A DNA stretch of 63,877 nt, the filler included, from Octopus bimaculoides (Eukaryota), in assembly GCF_001194135.2 (NCBI RefSeq). It is 9 parts of 6 records of this genome, joined end to end, with 100 filler letters (N's around TTAATTAATTAA, not from the genome) between each part and the next. Parts side by side here need not be neighbours in the genome. Positions count along the whole stretch, not along the records: positions 34,481 to 42,904 come from NC_069000.1; positions 43,005 to 44,916 come from NC_068987.1; positions 45,017 to 53,524 come from NC_068987.1; 6 more parts are not named here. The stretch is one strand, 5' to 3'. This document shows, piece by piece, positions 37,613 through 51,309 of this stretch (position 1 is the stretch's first letter; each line of letters opens with the position of its first letter). A model generated the notes under the pieces. That model saw only the letters and a list, made by a program, of their open reading frames with translations, made no database searches and was not told where the DNA came from. The translations under genes were made by a program, and so were the position numbers.

Positions 37613-38132
37613 TCTGTTAATTTTCGCCAGCTGAGAAGGCTGGAACAAAGTAAAGCAAAGTGCCTTACTGAAGGACAAAAGAAGCTTCACGGCCCGGGAG
37701 TCAAATCACTAGGATCATACGTTGTCTAACCCTAGCCGTAAGAACTGGCGCGAACCCTTTTCACAGTTACGTGAATGATAAGCGCATCACCTTGCCTTTG
37801 GCCCTTAAACTCCTTGATGGAGTCGTAGGGGTGCGTCGTAACATACGGTGAGTCTTGGACTGGGGGCATTTTTTAACCTTGGTGGATCCTCTTCTTTTGT
37901 AGATTTGGCCAAAATCGATTTCTTCCAGAAAGCGAGAAATATAAAGTGAAGAAAAGAGAACAGCCGGCCCTTGTCTTCGATACTTTATTTCTCGACCTCG
38001 AAAGGATGAAAGGCAAAGTTAACCTGAGCAGGTTTGAACTCAGAGAGTAGTGATTCCTTACTCAAAGGAACCTATCCAAACTAAAAACGAGAACCTTCAA
38101 AAGTATCAGCTTCGTTAGCAAGAAATGTATGA

Positions 38133-38300
38133 ATGTTAATAGCTGTTATTGTTTCATGGTTAATTGCACACATGGTGGTGTCAGTCAGTGAAGCGTGTGT
38201 GAAAGTCATCATCAATGAAGCGTGTCTAAAAGGCTGGGGCAGGAAGGGTTGCAGGAACCCAGCTGGGTGTTGTGTTTACGGGAGACAGGTATGCACTTAA
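38133..38300 (+). CDS. Candidate small secreted cysteine-rich peptide ORF (55 aa), or a first coding exon
   Basis: MLIAVIVSWLIAHMVVSVSEA-CVKVIINEACLKGWGRKGCRNPAGCCVYGRQVCT*. Hydrophobic N-terminus, 6 Cys, donor-like CAG|GTATGC at 38288. No recognised homologue. Confidence 0.25.
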   Translation: MLIAVIVSWLIAHMVVSVSEACVKVIINEACLKGWGRKGCRNPAGCCVYGRQVCT

Positions 38301-38404
38301 GACATTTACCTTTTTGCACAGGCATGTACACTACTATGTATATTCAAAGCTCTCATACATACATGCATATATATACATATATATATACATTTATATATTT
38401 ATAC

Positions 38405-38457
<53 letters not shown>

Positions 38458-39119
38458 NNNNNNNNNNNNNNNNNNNNNNNNNNNNNNNNNNNNNNNNNNN
38501 NNNNNNNNNNNNNNNNNNNNNNNNNNNNNNNNNNNNNNNNNNNNNNNNNNNNNNNNNNNNNNNNNNNNNNNNNNNNNNNNNNNNNNNNNNNNNNNNNNNN
38601 NNNNNNNNNNNNNNNNNNNNNNNNNNNNNNNNNNNNNNNNNNNNNNNNNNNNNNNNNNNNNNNNNNNNNNNNNNNNNNNNNNNNNNNNNNNNNNNNNNNN
38701 NNNNNNNNNNNNNNNNNNNNNNNNNNNNNNNNNNNNNNNNNNNNNNNNNNNNNNNNNNNNNNNNNNNNNNNNNNNNNNNNNNNNNNNNNNNNNNNNNNNN
38801 NNNNNNNNNNNNNNNNNNNNNNNNNNNNNNNNNNNNNNNNNNNNNNNNNNNNNNNNNNNNNNNNNNNNNNNNNNNNNNNNNNNNNNNNNNNNNNNNNNNN
38901 NNNNNNNNNNNNNNNNNNNNNNNNNNNNNNNNNNNNNNNNNNNNNNNNNNNNNNNNNNNNNNNNNNNNNNNNNNNNNNNNNNNNNNNNNNNNNNNNNNNN
39001 NNNNNNNNNNNNNNNNNNNNNNNNNNNNNNNNNNNNNNNNNNNNNNNNNNNNNNNNNNNGCATGAAATAAACATGATGTAGAATATTCGGCAGATGTGGA
39101 AAGTGTTGAGAAAATTAAA

Positions 39120-39222
39120 GATAAGAGAGAGGTAAAGAGAGGGAGAGGGAGAGGGAGAGAGTGGAAGAGAGAGACGGGGAGAGGTGAATGAGAGGGAGAG
39201 AAAGGGAGAAAGAGAAAGAGAG

Positions 39223-39269
<47 letters not shown>

Positions 39270-39620
39270 AAGAGAGAAAGAATGAGAAAGGGATAGAGAA
39301 AGAGAGAGGAGAAGAAAGGAGGAGAAAGAAAGAAAGAGAGAGAAAAGAGAGAAAGAGAAAGACAAAGAGAGAAAGAAAGTGAGACAGAGAGAGAGAGAGA
39401 AAGAGAGAAAGGTAGGGAGAAAAAAGAGAGAGACAGAGAAGTAGAGACAGAGAGTGGAAGAGAAAGAGAAAAGGAGAGAGACAAGGAGAGAAAGAAAGAG
39501 AGAGAGAAAGGGATAGAGAGATATAGATAGAAATAGAGAGGGAAAGAGAGGAGAAGAAAGAAAGAAAGAGAGAGAAAAAAGAAAGAGAGAGAAAAAAGAA
39601 AGAGAGAGAGAGAGAGATGT
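39120..39620. repeat. ~500-bp polypurine (GA/GAAA) tract
   Basis: Almost exclusively A/G on the plus strand. Confidence 0.95.
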
Positions 39621-39873
39621 TGAAAAGATGCTCCGTAAAAGTGATTATGAAGTAAAACGAATGGAAATGTGTGAAATATTTTCTAATTAATCTTTGCAAA
39701 TTGATTATTTATTATATTTTTACTCTTGTCTTTATTGTTTTATTGTTGTTTTCTTTTTCTTGTTCATGTGTGTAGCGTTTGTTGTTGTTGTTGTTGGTGT
39801 TGTTTTTCATTTACTACTTTTTCTAAAATTTGGAATTTCTTTCTTGGAATAGACTCACGGAAAAAAAAAATCA

Positions 39874-39919
<46 letters not shown>

Positions 39920-40354
39920 GATTACTGACATTTTCTAAACAAGATAAAGTATTGAATTAACTGTTACTACTACTACTACTACTACTACTGGTGTCCTGCT
40001 ATCAGTTACCACAGTCTAATATCGTTATGCCTTCTGTTCGGTTCATCATCGTATAGCAACAGCAACAACAACAACAGCAACAGCATCACTCCCAGTTTCT
40101 CTTCACCAATTATTCCCATCCAGTGATTCTCTGCCATTACGAGTCTCTAATCTCTTCCACGTGTCTCGGTGTTATTTATTCTGTGAGCTGGCTGGCAGAA
40201 CCGGTAGAGCGTCAGATGAGAAAATTGCTTGGCAGGATTTGTTCCGGTTCTTAACGTCCTGAGTTCAAATTATCGCTGAAACGAATACGTACAAGGCGTT
40301 TATTTCGATCCCTCTAACAACTCTGGCAGTTCGTAGTAATTTGCAATAAATCTC

Positions 40355-40710
40355 TTATCTGTTACTTGTTTCAATCATTAGACTGCGGTCATACTGGAGC
40401 ACAGCCTTGAAGGGTTCAATCGAATGAATCGACCCCATTACTTAAAAAAAAAAATTTACCTGGTTTCTGCCGAACCGCTAAGCTACGGGGACACACACAC
40501 ATACACACTCATACTCACGTACATACACGCACACACACACACACATATATATAATGGGCTTCTTTCAGTTTCCGTCTACCAAATACACTCACAAAACTTT
40601 GATCGACCCGAGGCGAAACTAGAAGACACATGGCCCAAGGTACCATGCAGTGGGACTGAACCCGGAACCATGTTGTTGGGAAGCAAGCTTCTTACCCCAC
40701 AGCCACGCCT
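40355..40710 (-). mobile_element. SINE family A copy
   Basis: Head and tail motifs as in the other copies. Confidence 0.85.
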
Positions 40711-41063
40711 GCGCAAAATGTACGTAGCTTTTTTTTTTTGTATATTTCGTTATTTATTCCTTTTATTTAATTTTCTTTTCTTTTATTTATATTGTATCGA
40801 TTTCTTACCTGGTCGCTAATTGGTTCTGCTTCAATAAAAGTTTAAGATGTAAAGGAAAACTTTAATTGAGCCTAATTTAGTGATATTCCGTCAACTAATA
40901 AATTCTGAAAAAAAGAAAAAAAAAATGCTAATTGAAAGTATTTAATGAATTAAACGATAATTATTTCCAGAATTGAGTAAACAATTATTCAGCGCCGACT
41001 GAAGTTTATCATAAATTATAATTTGTGAAATAATTTTCTAATAATAATAATAATAATAACAAC

Positions 41064-41125
<62 letters not shown>

Positions 41126-41140
41126 TGATGATTTCAGATT

Positions 41141-41306
41141 TTGGTACAAGGCCAGCAATTTAGGGCTAAGTCACCTACATTGACTCCAGTACTCAGCTGG
41201 TATTTATTTTATCGGTCCCGAATTGATGAAAGGCAAAGTCAACCTCGGCGGAATTCGAACTTAGAAAGTTAAGCCGGCGTGCAACGATTCTGTCAGCTCG
41301 CCTCCT

Positions 41307-41308
<2 letters not shown>
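41141..41308 (-). mobile_element. SINE family B flanked on both sides by (AAT)n
   Basis: Reverse complement AAAGGAGGCGAGCTGACAGAATCG..AAGTTCGAATTCCGCCGAGG; (AAT)n at 41040-41130 and 41309-41347. Confidence 0.85.
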
Positions 41309-41348
<40 letters not shown>

Positions 41349-42614
41349 TACCTAGCATAGGCACAAGCCAGAGCGGGGTTAATCGAAACTGTACCTTAGT
41401 ACTTGCTCGGTACTTATTCTTTAGTTGATCCCAGAACTGACTCTTAATCTTGTCGACCAATTAAATCACATGCTACCAGACAATGAGAAGAAGAAATCAG
41501 ATTTGGTGGCACCCTGCATTCTTTGCGTTCTGGAAAAGTGAAAAACAAAACGTATTGCTCGTTTACTATTCACCTATTTTACCTGAAAATGGCCTGCTCT
41601 TTCGAAGTTATTCCGAAATAAATGAAGGAAGGGAAATATTCCATAACATTTAAATGGAACCTGGGCCATTTTCTCACAAGAAACCCTTAAAGAAATCAAT
41701 GACACAGGGTTAAGTTTCACCGCCAACAAATTCTTATTCGAGTTGGAGACGGTCTCTGAAAAATGAGTGCTGAAGGAGTTCAATCAGGTAACGTTGTTTT
41801 GCGCCAACACGGGTTGGATCGTCTCTAAGATAACACACACAAGTACACACATACTCTCTCTCTCTCTCTCTCTCTCTCCGCACACACGCGCACGCGCACA
41901 CACACGTGTATTTATGTGTGCGTAAAGTCCCAAATGAACCCATAATTGTAAATCTTGCTCTCGGTTTCATCTCGTTAAAACGGAAATAAGCATTTCAAGA
42001 TGTTATGTTGTCATCGTTGTTGACCTGCGGCAAAGCAGCAGCAACAACAGCAGCAGCAGCTGCAAATGGCATCCTGTTTATGTTATCAGTTTTTGCAAGT
42101 GAATTTGCGAAGGACGCTGATATAATGGTAAGAAGGCTGCTGGTGTGTGTTTTGTCATTAGAAGGACATTTGGCTGCTATTTTTAGATAGTCTTATAATC
42201 ACGTCGGCTTATTGATAGTATTTTGTTGTTGTTGTTGTTGTTGTTGTTGTGGTAGATGTTGCTGTTGTTTTTGTTGTTGATAATCTCCAGTTCATCCATT
42301 ATCAGTTGGTCCCATGATAAACGGCTTTGCAATCATAACCATACTATCTTTCATTCTGGCACTGTCTACCAAGGACTACATCATTTAATGCATTCTTTTT
42401 TTATATATGTTATGATGATGAATTGAGGAAAATTGGGCTGTTATTTCTTACCCTGACGGCTCGTTCTTATTATCGACAGTGGTGGTCATGTATTAAAATA
42501 CAGTTGTTCTTGTCGGTCTTAATATAATAAACATATGAAAAGGCATCCAGTTGTGACCATTCCTACTGATATTTTCCATATCCACTACAAGTAATTTATC
42601 GTGATTTTCCCCCC

Positions 42615-42895
42615 TTATTCTATCGGTCTCTTTTGCCGAACCGCCATGTTATGAGAGATGTAAACACACCAACGCCGGTTGTCAGGCGATGGTGGGGAGA
42701 CAAACACAGACACACACACAGACACATATACACGACGAGCTTCTTTCAGTTTCCGTCTACCAAATCCACTCACAAGGCTTTTAGTCGGCCCGTGGCTATA
42801 GTAGAAGACACTTGCCCAAGGTGCCACGCACAGGGACTAAACTCGGAACCATGTGGTTGGTAATCAATCTACTTACCACACAGCCACTCCTGCAC
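42615..42895 (-). mobile_element. SINE family A copy
   Basis: Near-identical head to 4106-4325. Confidence 0.9.
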
Positions 42896-43004
42896 CTATA
42901 TATANNNNNNNNNNNNNNNNNNNNNNNNNNNNNNNNNNNNNNNNNNNNTTAATTAATTAANNNNNNNNNNNNNNNNNNNNNNNNNNNNNNNNNNNNNNNN
43001 NNNN

Positions 43005-43256
43005 AGGGTGGTGCATTGTATGCATTGTCAACAGTTTTCGTATTTTTCTGTCAACATTACATATTTCAGTAATTGACCAGTTAACGATATTGAAACTGTA
43101 AGTCACGACTGGTATGGCTAGAGCATTGATCGCTTCGATCTTGTTTCTCGCGTTCAGCTCTGTCTTCAGTATTGCTCTCACCCTGCGATAACATTCTCTT
43201 CTGATCTTTTCCCTCATCACTGAGTGCTTGATATTGTCCCCTTCAATTACCCCTAG

Positions 43257-43258
<2 letters not shown>
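43005..43258 (-). mobile_element. R4/Dong-type LINE fragment, 5' junction in (TAA)n
   Basis: YLGVIEGDNIKHSVMREKIRRECYRRVRAILKTELNARNKIEAINALAIPVVTYSFNIVNW, starting immediately after the 43259-43330 repeat. Confidence 0.9.
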
Positions 43259-43317
<59 letters not shown>

Positions 43318-43499
43318 TATTATTATTATTGTCATGCATAAAATATAGACATGTTCCTTGTTATAGAAAAAGAATTTTGGGATCATGAAATAACTGTCTA
43401 CCGCACTTGGAGTTGAAACTGATCCTCCAAATGATTGAACGATAAATAACGTGCTTAAGTAGAAGAGAAAATTGAGTAAGCAATATTAGAAAGATCAAA

Positions 43500-44720
<1,221 letters not shown>

Positions 44721-45128
44721 TCGATGGAATTAGGCAACAGAACCGGTGGAAGTTTTGAAGGAAGCGGTCTTTTAACGAAGATAATTTTTAAAAAAAATAT
44801 TTTTTATTGTTAAAAAATGAAATTTCACTGCAATACAAAGCACAGGTCCTCCTATGCACAATGTCTGAATGAAACACGTGCGATCACACACGCAAAACCA
44901 ACACCGGAAAGTTTACNNNNNNNNNNNNNNNNNNNNNNNNNNNNNNNNNNNNNNNNNNNNTTAATTAATTAANNNNNNNNNNNNNNNNNNNNNNNNNNNN
45001 NNNNNNNNNNNNNNNNACTTCTGCGTCTCTATACATCTATTCATAAAACTTCTCTCTCATTTCTCTTTCTTTCACTCTCTCCTTCACATACACGCACATA
45101 CACGTATACACGCACTCACGCAAACACA

Positions 45129-45168
<40 letters not shown>

Positions 45169-45372
45169 CACGCACGCACACAGAGAAAAAATGGTTACGC
45201 ATAAGCATGCTTGCTTATATGCGTTGTTAATTACGCATGCGTATGAATGCAATATAGCGGGAGCCATACAGAATCTTAGCGGTAAAAACAGTAACAACCA
45301 TATTTAGAGATAAGTACACACGCACGCACATACCCCAACATGAACACACGTTCACAAACACACACATATGTA

Positions 45373-45418
<46 letters not shown>

Positions 45419-45547
45419 NNNNNNNNNNNNNNNNNNNNNNNNNNNNNNNNNNNNNNNNNNNNNNNNNNNNNNNNNNNNNNNNNNNNNNNNNNNNNNNNNN
45501 NNNNNNNNNNNNNNNNNNNNNNNNNNNNNNNNNNNNNNNNNNNNNNN

Positions 45548-45589
<42 letters not shown>

Positions 45590-45869
45590 GGCCCAAGAAA
45601 ACAAAATACACAAGGAATCGATGAGACCAAACGAATCATCAATTTAAATTTGTTTCCTCATCAATCTGGTCGTCATGGTAACGAGCCACCATTATCAACT
45701 TTCATCGTTCATGACGTCCATTAAGAAATGTGCCAGTTGTACCTTGTTAGCAAAGCAACAGACAATGTTTGACTGGATAAAACATATTGGGATCTGTTTG
45801 GTTTTTGTTAATGATTATCAATGATTGTTGTTGTTGTTGTTGTTTTTGTTAATAGTATTTGTAGTAATA

Positions 45870-46072
45870 AAGCGTCGAGCTGGCAGAATCGTTAGCGCGC
45901 CGGGCAAAATGCTTGGTAGCATTTCGTTCTGAGTTCAAATACCGCCGCGATCGACTTAGCCTTTCATCCTTTCGAGCTCGATGATAGAATAATACCAGTG
46001 GAGCACTGGGTCGATATAATCGACTAGCCTCTTCCCCATTAAATTTCAGGTCTTTTGTCTATTATGCAAAGA

Positions 46073-46073
<1 letters not shown>
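45870..46073 (+). mobile_element. SINE family B with (ATT)n tail
   Basis: AAGCGTCGAGCTGGCAGAATCG.. ends GCAAAGAATTATTATT. Confidence 0.85.
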
Positions 46074-46143
<70 letters not shown>

Positions 46144-46148
<5 letters not shown>

Positions 46149-46720
46149 TCACTGCTTGGAATCGAACTCGGAACCTTGCCCGTGGGCTATTATGGAGTGA
46201 ATTTTAGGGCTTATAAATCTAATATTTCATATCCTTCCTTAATACCGGTTCCCACATGCTGTTCATATCTGCAATCGGTCTGCTTAGGAGGTTGTTGTGT
46301 CCTAGCGTATGTGCTGCTTCTTTTAGTTTTCGTATTTTCCAGTGGTGTTCTCTGTCTATTATTTTAACTTCATCCCACAGGGGGGAGGTGGTCTCCATTT
46401 TTCCATACATGATCAGCTATACCCAATTTATCAATATCTCCTCGCGTCACAATTTGCGATGTTCCTCTACCCTTATTTTGAGGGGGCGATATGTTTCGCC
46501 TTTGTATAGCCTACCACAGCTGCATGGGATGGAGTACACGCGGTCTTTGGTCATATTCTCTTCTAGTGGTGGTTTTACTCGAAGGAGATATTTGCGAAGT
46601 GTTGTATTACTCTTGAATACTGTCCTGATGTCATATGGGCGGTATATCTTTTTTCCCCAAGACATCTGAAGAAGGCTGGAGGGTTAACAACAAACAAGAT
46701 GAGGACAAATATCCGTTGAA
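46144..46720 (-). mobile_element. Penelope-like element 3' end (GIY-YIG, Penelope/Poseidon-like)
   Basis: YDIRTVFKSNTTLRKYL..RVYSIPCSCGRLYKGETYRPLKIRVEEHRK; DEVKIIDREHHWKIRKLKEAAH; tRNA-B-box-like GAGTTCGATTCC in the 3' flank. Confidence 0.9.
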
Positions 46721-48559
46721 AGCAAATAATGCATAATATAATATAATATAATATATTACGCTCAAATATAATATGTATGTATATAATAATATGTATGCAT
46801 CTGTTGTCTAAAGTTTGTGTACTTTAACATTACATTAATTTAATCAAGCGTTGATATGGCTTACGTGGGCGCGAATTGCATGTGTGCCTCCGTATATGTG
46901 TATGTTGTGTGTACGTGTGCGTGCGTGTACACGCGTATGTATGTTTCATTAGTAGTGTATGCAGGAGTTTACATGTTCAAGTCTTATTATCAAAGAAAGA
47001 ACATTTTTTAATTACCGTATTGTGTAGTATATAATTAATGCTAATTTATAAGTTTTGTCTAATGCATTATGTATTAACTTTACAGGGCTTTACATAATGG
47101 ATTTCTTCAATAAATTAACATTTGATTCATATGATATCATTTAACATGCACTTATATATGTTTATATTGGCGTGGTGACTGATGTACTTGCGGTATATTT
47201 TATTTTGTATTGTTCTATAGATTGACCTATTTGTGAGAATATCATTTGTTAATTTGTGTTTGTTTTATTGAGTGGATTTGTTTAGCTAGGCATAGTTTTG
47301 TAGTTAAGTAGCTTGTATTGTAACCACGTGGTTACAGGCTCAGTCCCACTGTGCAGCACCATAGCCAAGTGTCACTCTGACCGACCATTGCCTTATCAGT
47401 GAACTTACGTTCGTCTTTACATAAGTTGTCTATGCTATCATGGGTTAGACGAATACATATTGTTGAGGCATTGTTTTATAGATGGATACTTTTTACTGCC
47501 ATTAACTCTAGCTTATTTGTGAAGGAAGGGAAAGTTTCCATTCTACTCGTCGCCGAAAACGTTGAGGTATCGGACGATATTTTGACAGAAAAATTACAAC
47601 AGACGTCACTGCACCTAGATCAGCGGATTTTCAAGCGATCAAAACACCCTCACTCATTCACTCACTCATTTCCTCACCCACTCATTCATTCACACCCTGT
47701 CGTACACTCACATATATGATGTGGTTTTTGTACAGTTTCTGTCCATCAGAGTCACTCACAAGACATCAGTGGGGCCTGCGCTATGATGGAAGATACTTTT
47801 CGAAGATACTACACAGTTTGACTTAGCTTGAAACTACACAATTACGAAGCAAATTTTTTAACCACACAACCTTGTCTGCGCTAATAAATGGAAACAGATG
47901 CGGCATATATGCATATATGTTGTTTTCTACTGAATGTATATGTCTATATATGCCTGGGAATAGAGTTTTATTGGTATTGTTGTACCTGTTGAATTTTAGA
48001 ACGGAGCTGTTCTCTATGCCTCGCCCTCATTTTCCTGAACGTCTTCTGGTGTATCTGTTACGATTAGTATATCATTCTCACAGCTGATGTGTATCATATC
48101 TTGGTGTCACTTCGTTCTCTATTGTGGGTTTAAAGAGATTATAGCAAACGTGAGACCTAAGCGAGAACTCATGGCTATCTCATGTTTTACCTCTATAATT
48201 CGCCTTGTGGGTAGAAAAGACTACTATTGTACACTGCATTAATTATTTCCTCAGTATGTTTGCTAGAAACGTGGGTAGTTTTATATTTGCCTAGTTGTAT
48301 AGATTATTTAATGCTGGAACGATGGTAAACAGACTCTCTACGTCTAAGATCGAAACGTCGCTTACTTCATTGGTTTCGCTGGAAATTCTTCAAATGCCTG
48401 TATATATTCTCTCTCTGTGTATATTCTCTCTCTGTGTATATTCTCTCTCTTTGGTGTATATCATGTGAGAGTGTCTAATTGTTCACTGGTCTCGTATTGG
48501 TACGGTTATTTGTAATATTTATAGCTCGAGAAAGGTTGCATTATTTGACGCCAAAAGAA

Positions 48560-48880
48560 AAAGAAAAGTCGAAGAAAAATATAAAAAAACCCAGAAAGAA
48601 TAACTCCTTCTGCCAATTCTTCCATGCCATCTTTGTTCCAGTCTATTTTTTCCGATGATTGGCCTTCTCTACCATCAGCCCCGTCAACTTGGAGCGATTT
48701 CTCAACCACGAGTTAATTATGAATACTGTTTATGTTAGTCGGTCTGGTGTCTTCATCTTGATCTTTGCATTCAATACGCTTCGGCTGCTCTAATCTCCAG
48801 CCTTCTTCTAGCGTCTTGTATTGAACTCGGTTGTTGTATCGGAATTTCAAATTTAAAACTTTATTTGACCTTCAAGGATA
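48560..48880 (-). mobile_element. Possible very old RTE-type LINE 3' fragment
   Basis: Weak motifs RRRLEIRAAE and QVDGADGREGQS (compare RRLEAAEMW..GKRGRGRP). Confidence 0.3.
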
Positions 48881-49214
48881 CACCGTTCTCATTCTGCTCT
48901 CTGCGTTTCGTGGTATTATGTGAATTAAACTTAGTGCCTTGCCTGGGATTGAACTCAGAAGTCCGTAGGTCCAAAACATTAAATCTCTTAACGTTTTATA
49001 TATTTTGTGAGCGGTGGAGAACATTATCTTCATATGTGAGTTGAGTGATTTTCCAATGTAAAGTTTACTTAGTTTAATTGTAATGCTGTGTAATTAGTTG
49101 TGAAAGATTATGTATTATTAATAGCTGATTATGGCATTAGACCAAACTATAAATTTACTCACTCACCTACTCCCTCCCTCACTTCTTGCCTTTCTCTTTC
49201 TTCATATCTTATAC

Positions 49215-49832
49215 CTACAGTTGTCGGCGACCATGGAGCGCTATGTGAAAGTCTGAAGATTCAGCTTTTGGTGGTGGGTAGATGGGGGTGCGGAGAATAC
49301 AGCATTGGTTTCTTGTTGCCATCTGCCGGCCTATTTACCTTTCACCAAAGAAAAGAAGGTAATTTTCCTCTGCATAGTAACCATACTGAAAGATGTGGTA
49401 TGGAAGACGCGACTGAAAGGGTTCGTGACAGGCCAATTCATCTCCGGACGTGGGCTGGCGAACTACTACGTCACCCACCTTTCCAGTAAGATCCGTCTGG
49501 AGAGAAGAAGTCTGCCGCAAAGAATATTCGGGAAAAGATGGACGAACGTGGTAAGAAAGTTGAGTATGCAAGGTGCCGTGCTCGCACGGTCGGACCATGC
49601 GTAAGGGAACGAAGAGAATTACGAAAAAGGAAATCAACCGGCGGGTTAATCCACAAACTCGAACATAACAGTGACATTAATTTCATTTATAATTTTAAAT
49701 CATCCGTCTCCATTATTTATATAAACTCATACGCTTCTTATTTATGTAACGAGTACGTCTGACCTTATATGTTTCTTGTCTGTCCTTGTTTGTCCGCTCT
49801 ATGTATCCTTTTATAAGGTAAATAAAGAAAAT
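49215..49832 (+). mobile_element. Tx1/L1-like LINE 3' end with 3' UTR
   Basis: KVIFLCIVTILKDVVWKTRLKG..YYVTHLSSKIRLERRSL..FGKRW; UTR ends TTGTCTGTCCTTGTTTGTCC..AATAAAGAAAAT. Confidence 0.7.
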
Positions 49833-50074
49833 CTGCCGACCTATTTACATTTTACTCTGTTAGTTTTCTACATTTTCGAGCTTACGGCGGTTAACCGGTT
49901 CTCAGGCAGAGTGATTGATTCACGTGATATCAGAAGATGTCCGCGTGACGCATGTCTAGGACCTGCCCTACGCAGTTTCCTTAGCAGCAGGACATATGAA
50001 CATTAAATATTAATATTAAATTTATTACACGCAAAGGCGCCTTGTACCTATAGTAGAAAGGTTTATTACACACA

Positions 50075-50480
50075 AAGGCGACCAGCTGGCATAGTCGTTA
50101 GAGCACCAGACAAAACTGCTTAGAGGTATTTCATTCGTCTTTATGTTCTGAGTTCAAATTCCGCTAAGGTCGATTTTGTCTTTTATCCTTTCGGGGTCGA
50201 TAAAATAAGTACTAGTTGAGCACTGGAGTAGATGCAATTGCTGACCTTGAGCCAAAATTTGAAACCAATACTGATGCACACACACACAAACATTAAAGCA
50301 TCGAGCTGGCAGATTCGTTGGCACGAAAGACAAAATGCTTAGTCATTTCGGCCATATTAACGTTCTTTGCTCAAATTCCGCCGAGGGCGAAAATAAATAC
50401 CAGTCAAGTACTGGGGTCAATGTAATCGACTTTTCTGACCCCTCAAAAATTGCTGCTCCTGTGCCAAAATTTGAAGCCAT
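50075..50480 (+). mobile_element. Two tandem family B SINEs (50075-50270, 50295-50480)
   Basis: Heads AAGGCGACCAGCTGGC and AAGCATCGAGCTGGCAG. Confidence 0.85.
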
Positions 50481-50497
50481 TAATATTTTAAATATTT

Positions 50498-50735
50498 ATC
50501 GGATTGTCAGAAAAGTTCGTTCGTTTCTTTCTAATCTTATTTGAACAAACACGAAAAACAGCCGTTGATTTCTAACGTCAAGGCATTGACAAGCTAATGG
50601 AACGTTGTCAAGAAGTCGTGAAGAATGAAGGAGATTGTAATATTGACTGATTCGTTAAAAATGCTGGTGAAAAATAAGGATTAAACCAAATGGAAAGAAA
50701 GAAGGAAACGAACGAGTTTCTTTGGCAATGCAATT
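50498..50735 (+). mobile_element. mariner-derived MITE / internal deletion derivative
   Basis: Imperfect TIRs (ATTGTCAGAAAAGTTCGTTCGTTTC / GAAACGAACGAGTTTCTTTGGCAAT); internal DF*RQGIDKLMERCQEVVKNEGD matches the mariner transposase C-terminus. Confidence 0.75.
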
Positions 50736-51161
50736 TAAGCTTACATACACGCATATATATACTTATATACGTATAGGANNNNNNNNNNNNNNNNNNNNNN
50801 NNNNNNNNNNNNNNNNNNNNNNNNNNNNNNNNNNNNNNNNNNNNNNNNNNNNNNNNNNNNNNNNNNNNNNNNNNNNNNNNNNNNNNNNNNNNNNNNNNNN
50901 NNNNNNNNNNNNNNNNNNNNNNNNNNNNNNNNNNNNNNNNNNNNNNNNNNNNNNNNNNNNNNNNNNNNNNNNNNNNNNNNNNNNNNNNNNNNNNNNNNNN
51001 NNNNNNNNNNNNNNNNNNNNNNNNNNNNNNNNNNNNNNNNNNNNNNNNNNNNNNNNNNNNNNNNNNNNNNNNNNNNNNNNNNNNNNNNNNNNNNNNNNNN
51101 NNNNNNNNNNNNNNNNNNNNNNNNNNNNNNNNNNNNNNNNNNNNNNTATATATATATATAT

Positions 51162-51250
51162 CGAGCGTTAAACTAATACATCTGTTTGTTGTTTACACAC
51201 CCGTCTTCATCTTTTGTTTTGTTTGTTTGTTATTTTTTGTAAATTCCAAC

Positions 51251-51252
<2 letters not shown>
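51162..51252 (+). mobile_element. Family H repeat, 3' part only, flanked by (TA)n on both sides
   Basis: CGAGCGTTAAACTAATACATCTGTTTGTTGTTTACAC matches 22688-22735. Confidence 0.75.

Positions 51253-51309
<57 letters not shown>

Noticed and set aside
37785-37915. GC-richer segment with open minus-strand frames and GGGGTGCGTCGTAAC motif (exon or pogo-like MITE remnant)
   Set aside because: No recognisable protein motif and TIRs too degenerate to call.
41574-41783. Minus-strand ORF with plausible acceptor (ttttcag) and donor (CAG|gtaaaa) as a further exon of the SRCR gene
   Set aside because: No recognisable domain or signal peptide; splice-like sites are common in AT-rich DNA. Needs RNA evidence.
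46660-46700. CTGAAGAAGGCTGG as a hammerhead ribozyme
   Set aside because: The matching stem II strand and GAAA half are missing; at most a deleted remnant.
48325-48370. CGAAACGTC motif resembling the 3' half of a hammerhead
   Set aside because: No CUGANGA-like 5' core at a suitable position.
48402-48455. Three 18-bp direct repeats (TATATTCTCTCTCTGTGT)
   Set aside because: Adjacent with no spacers and low complexity: slippage minisatellite, not CRISPR-like.
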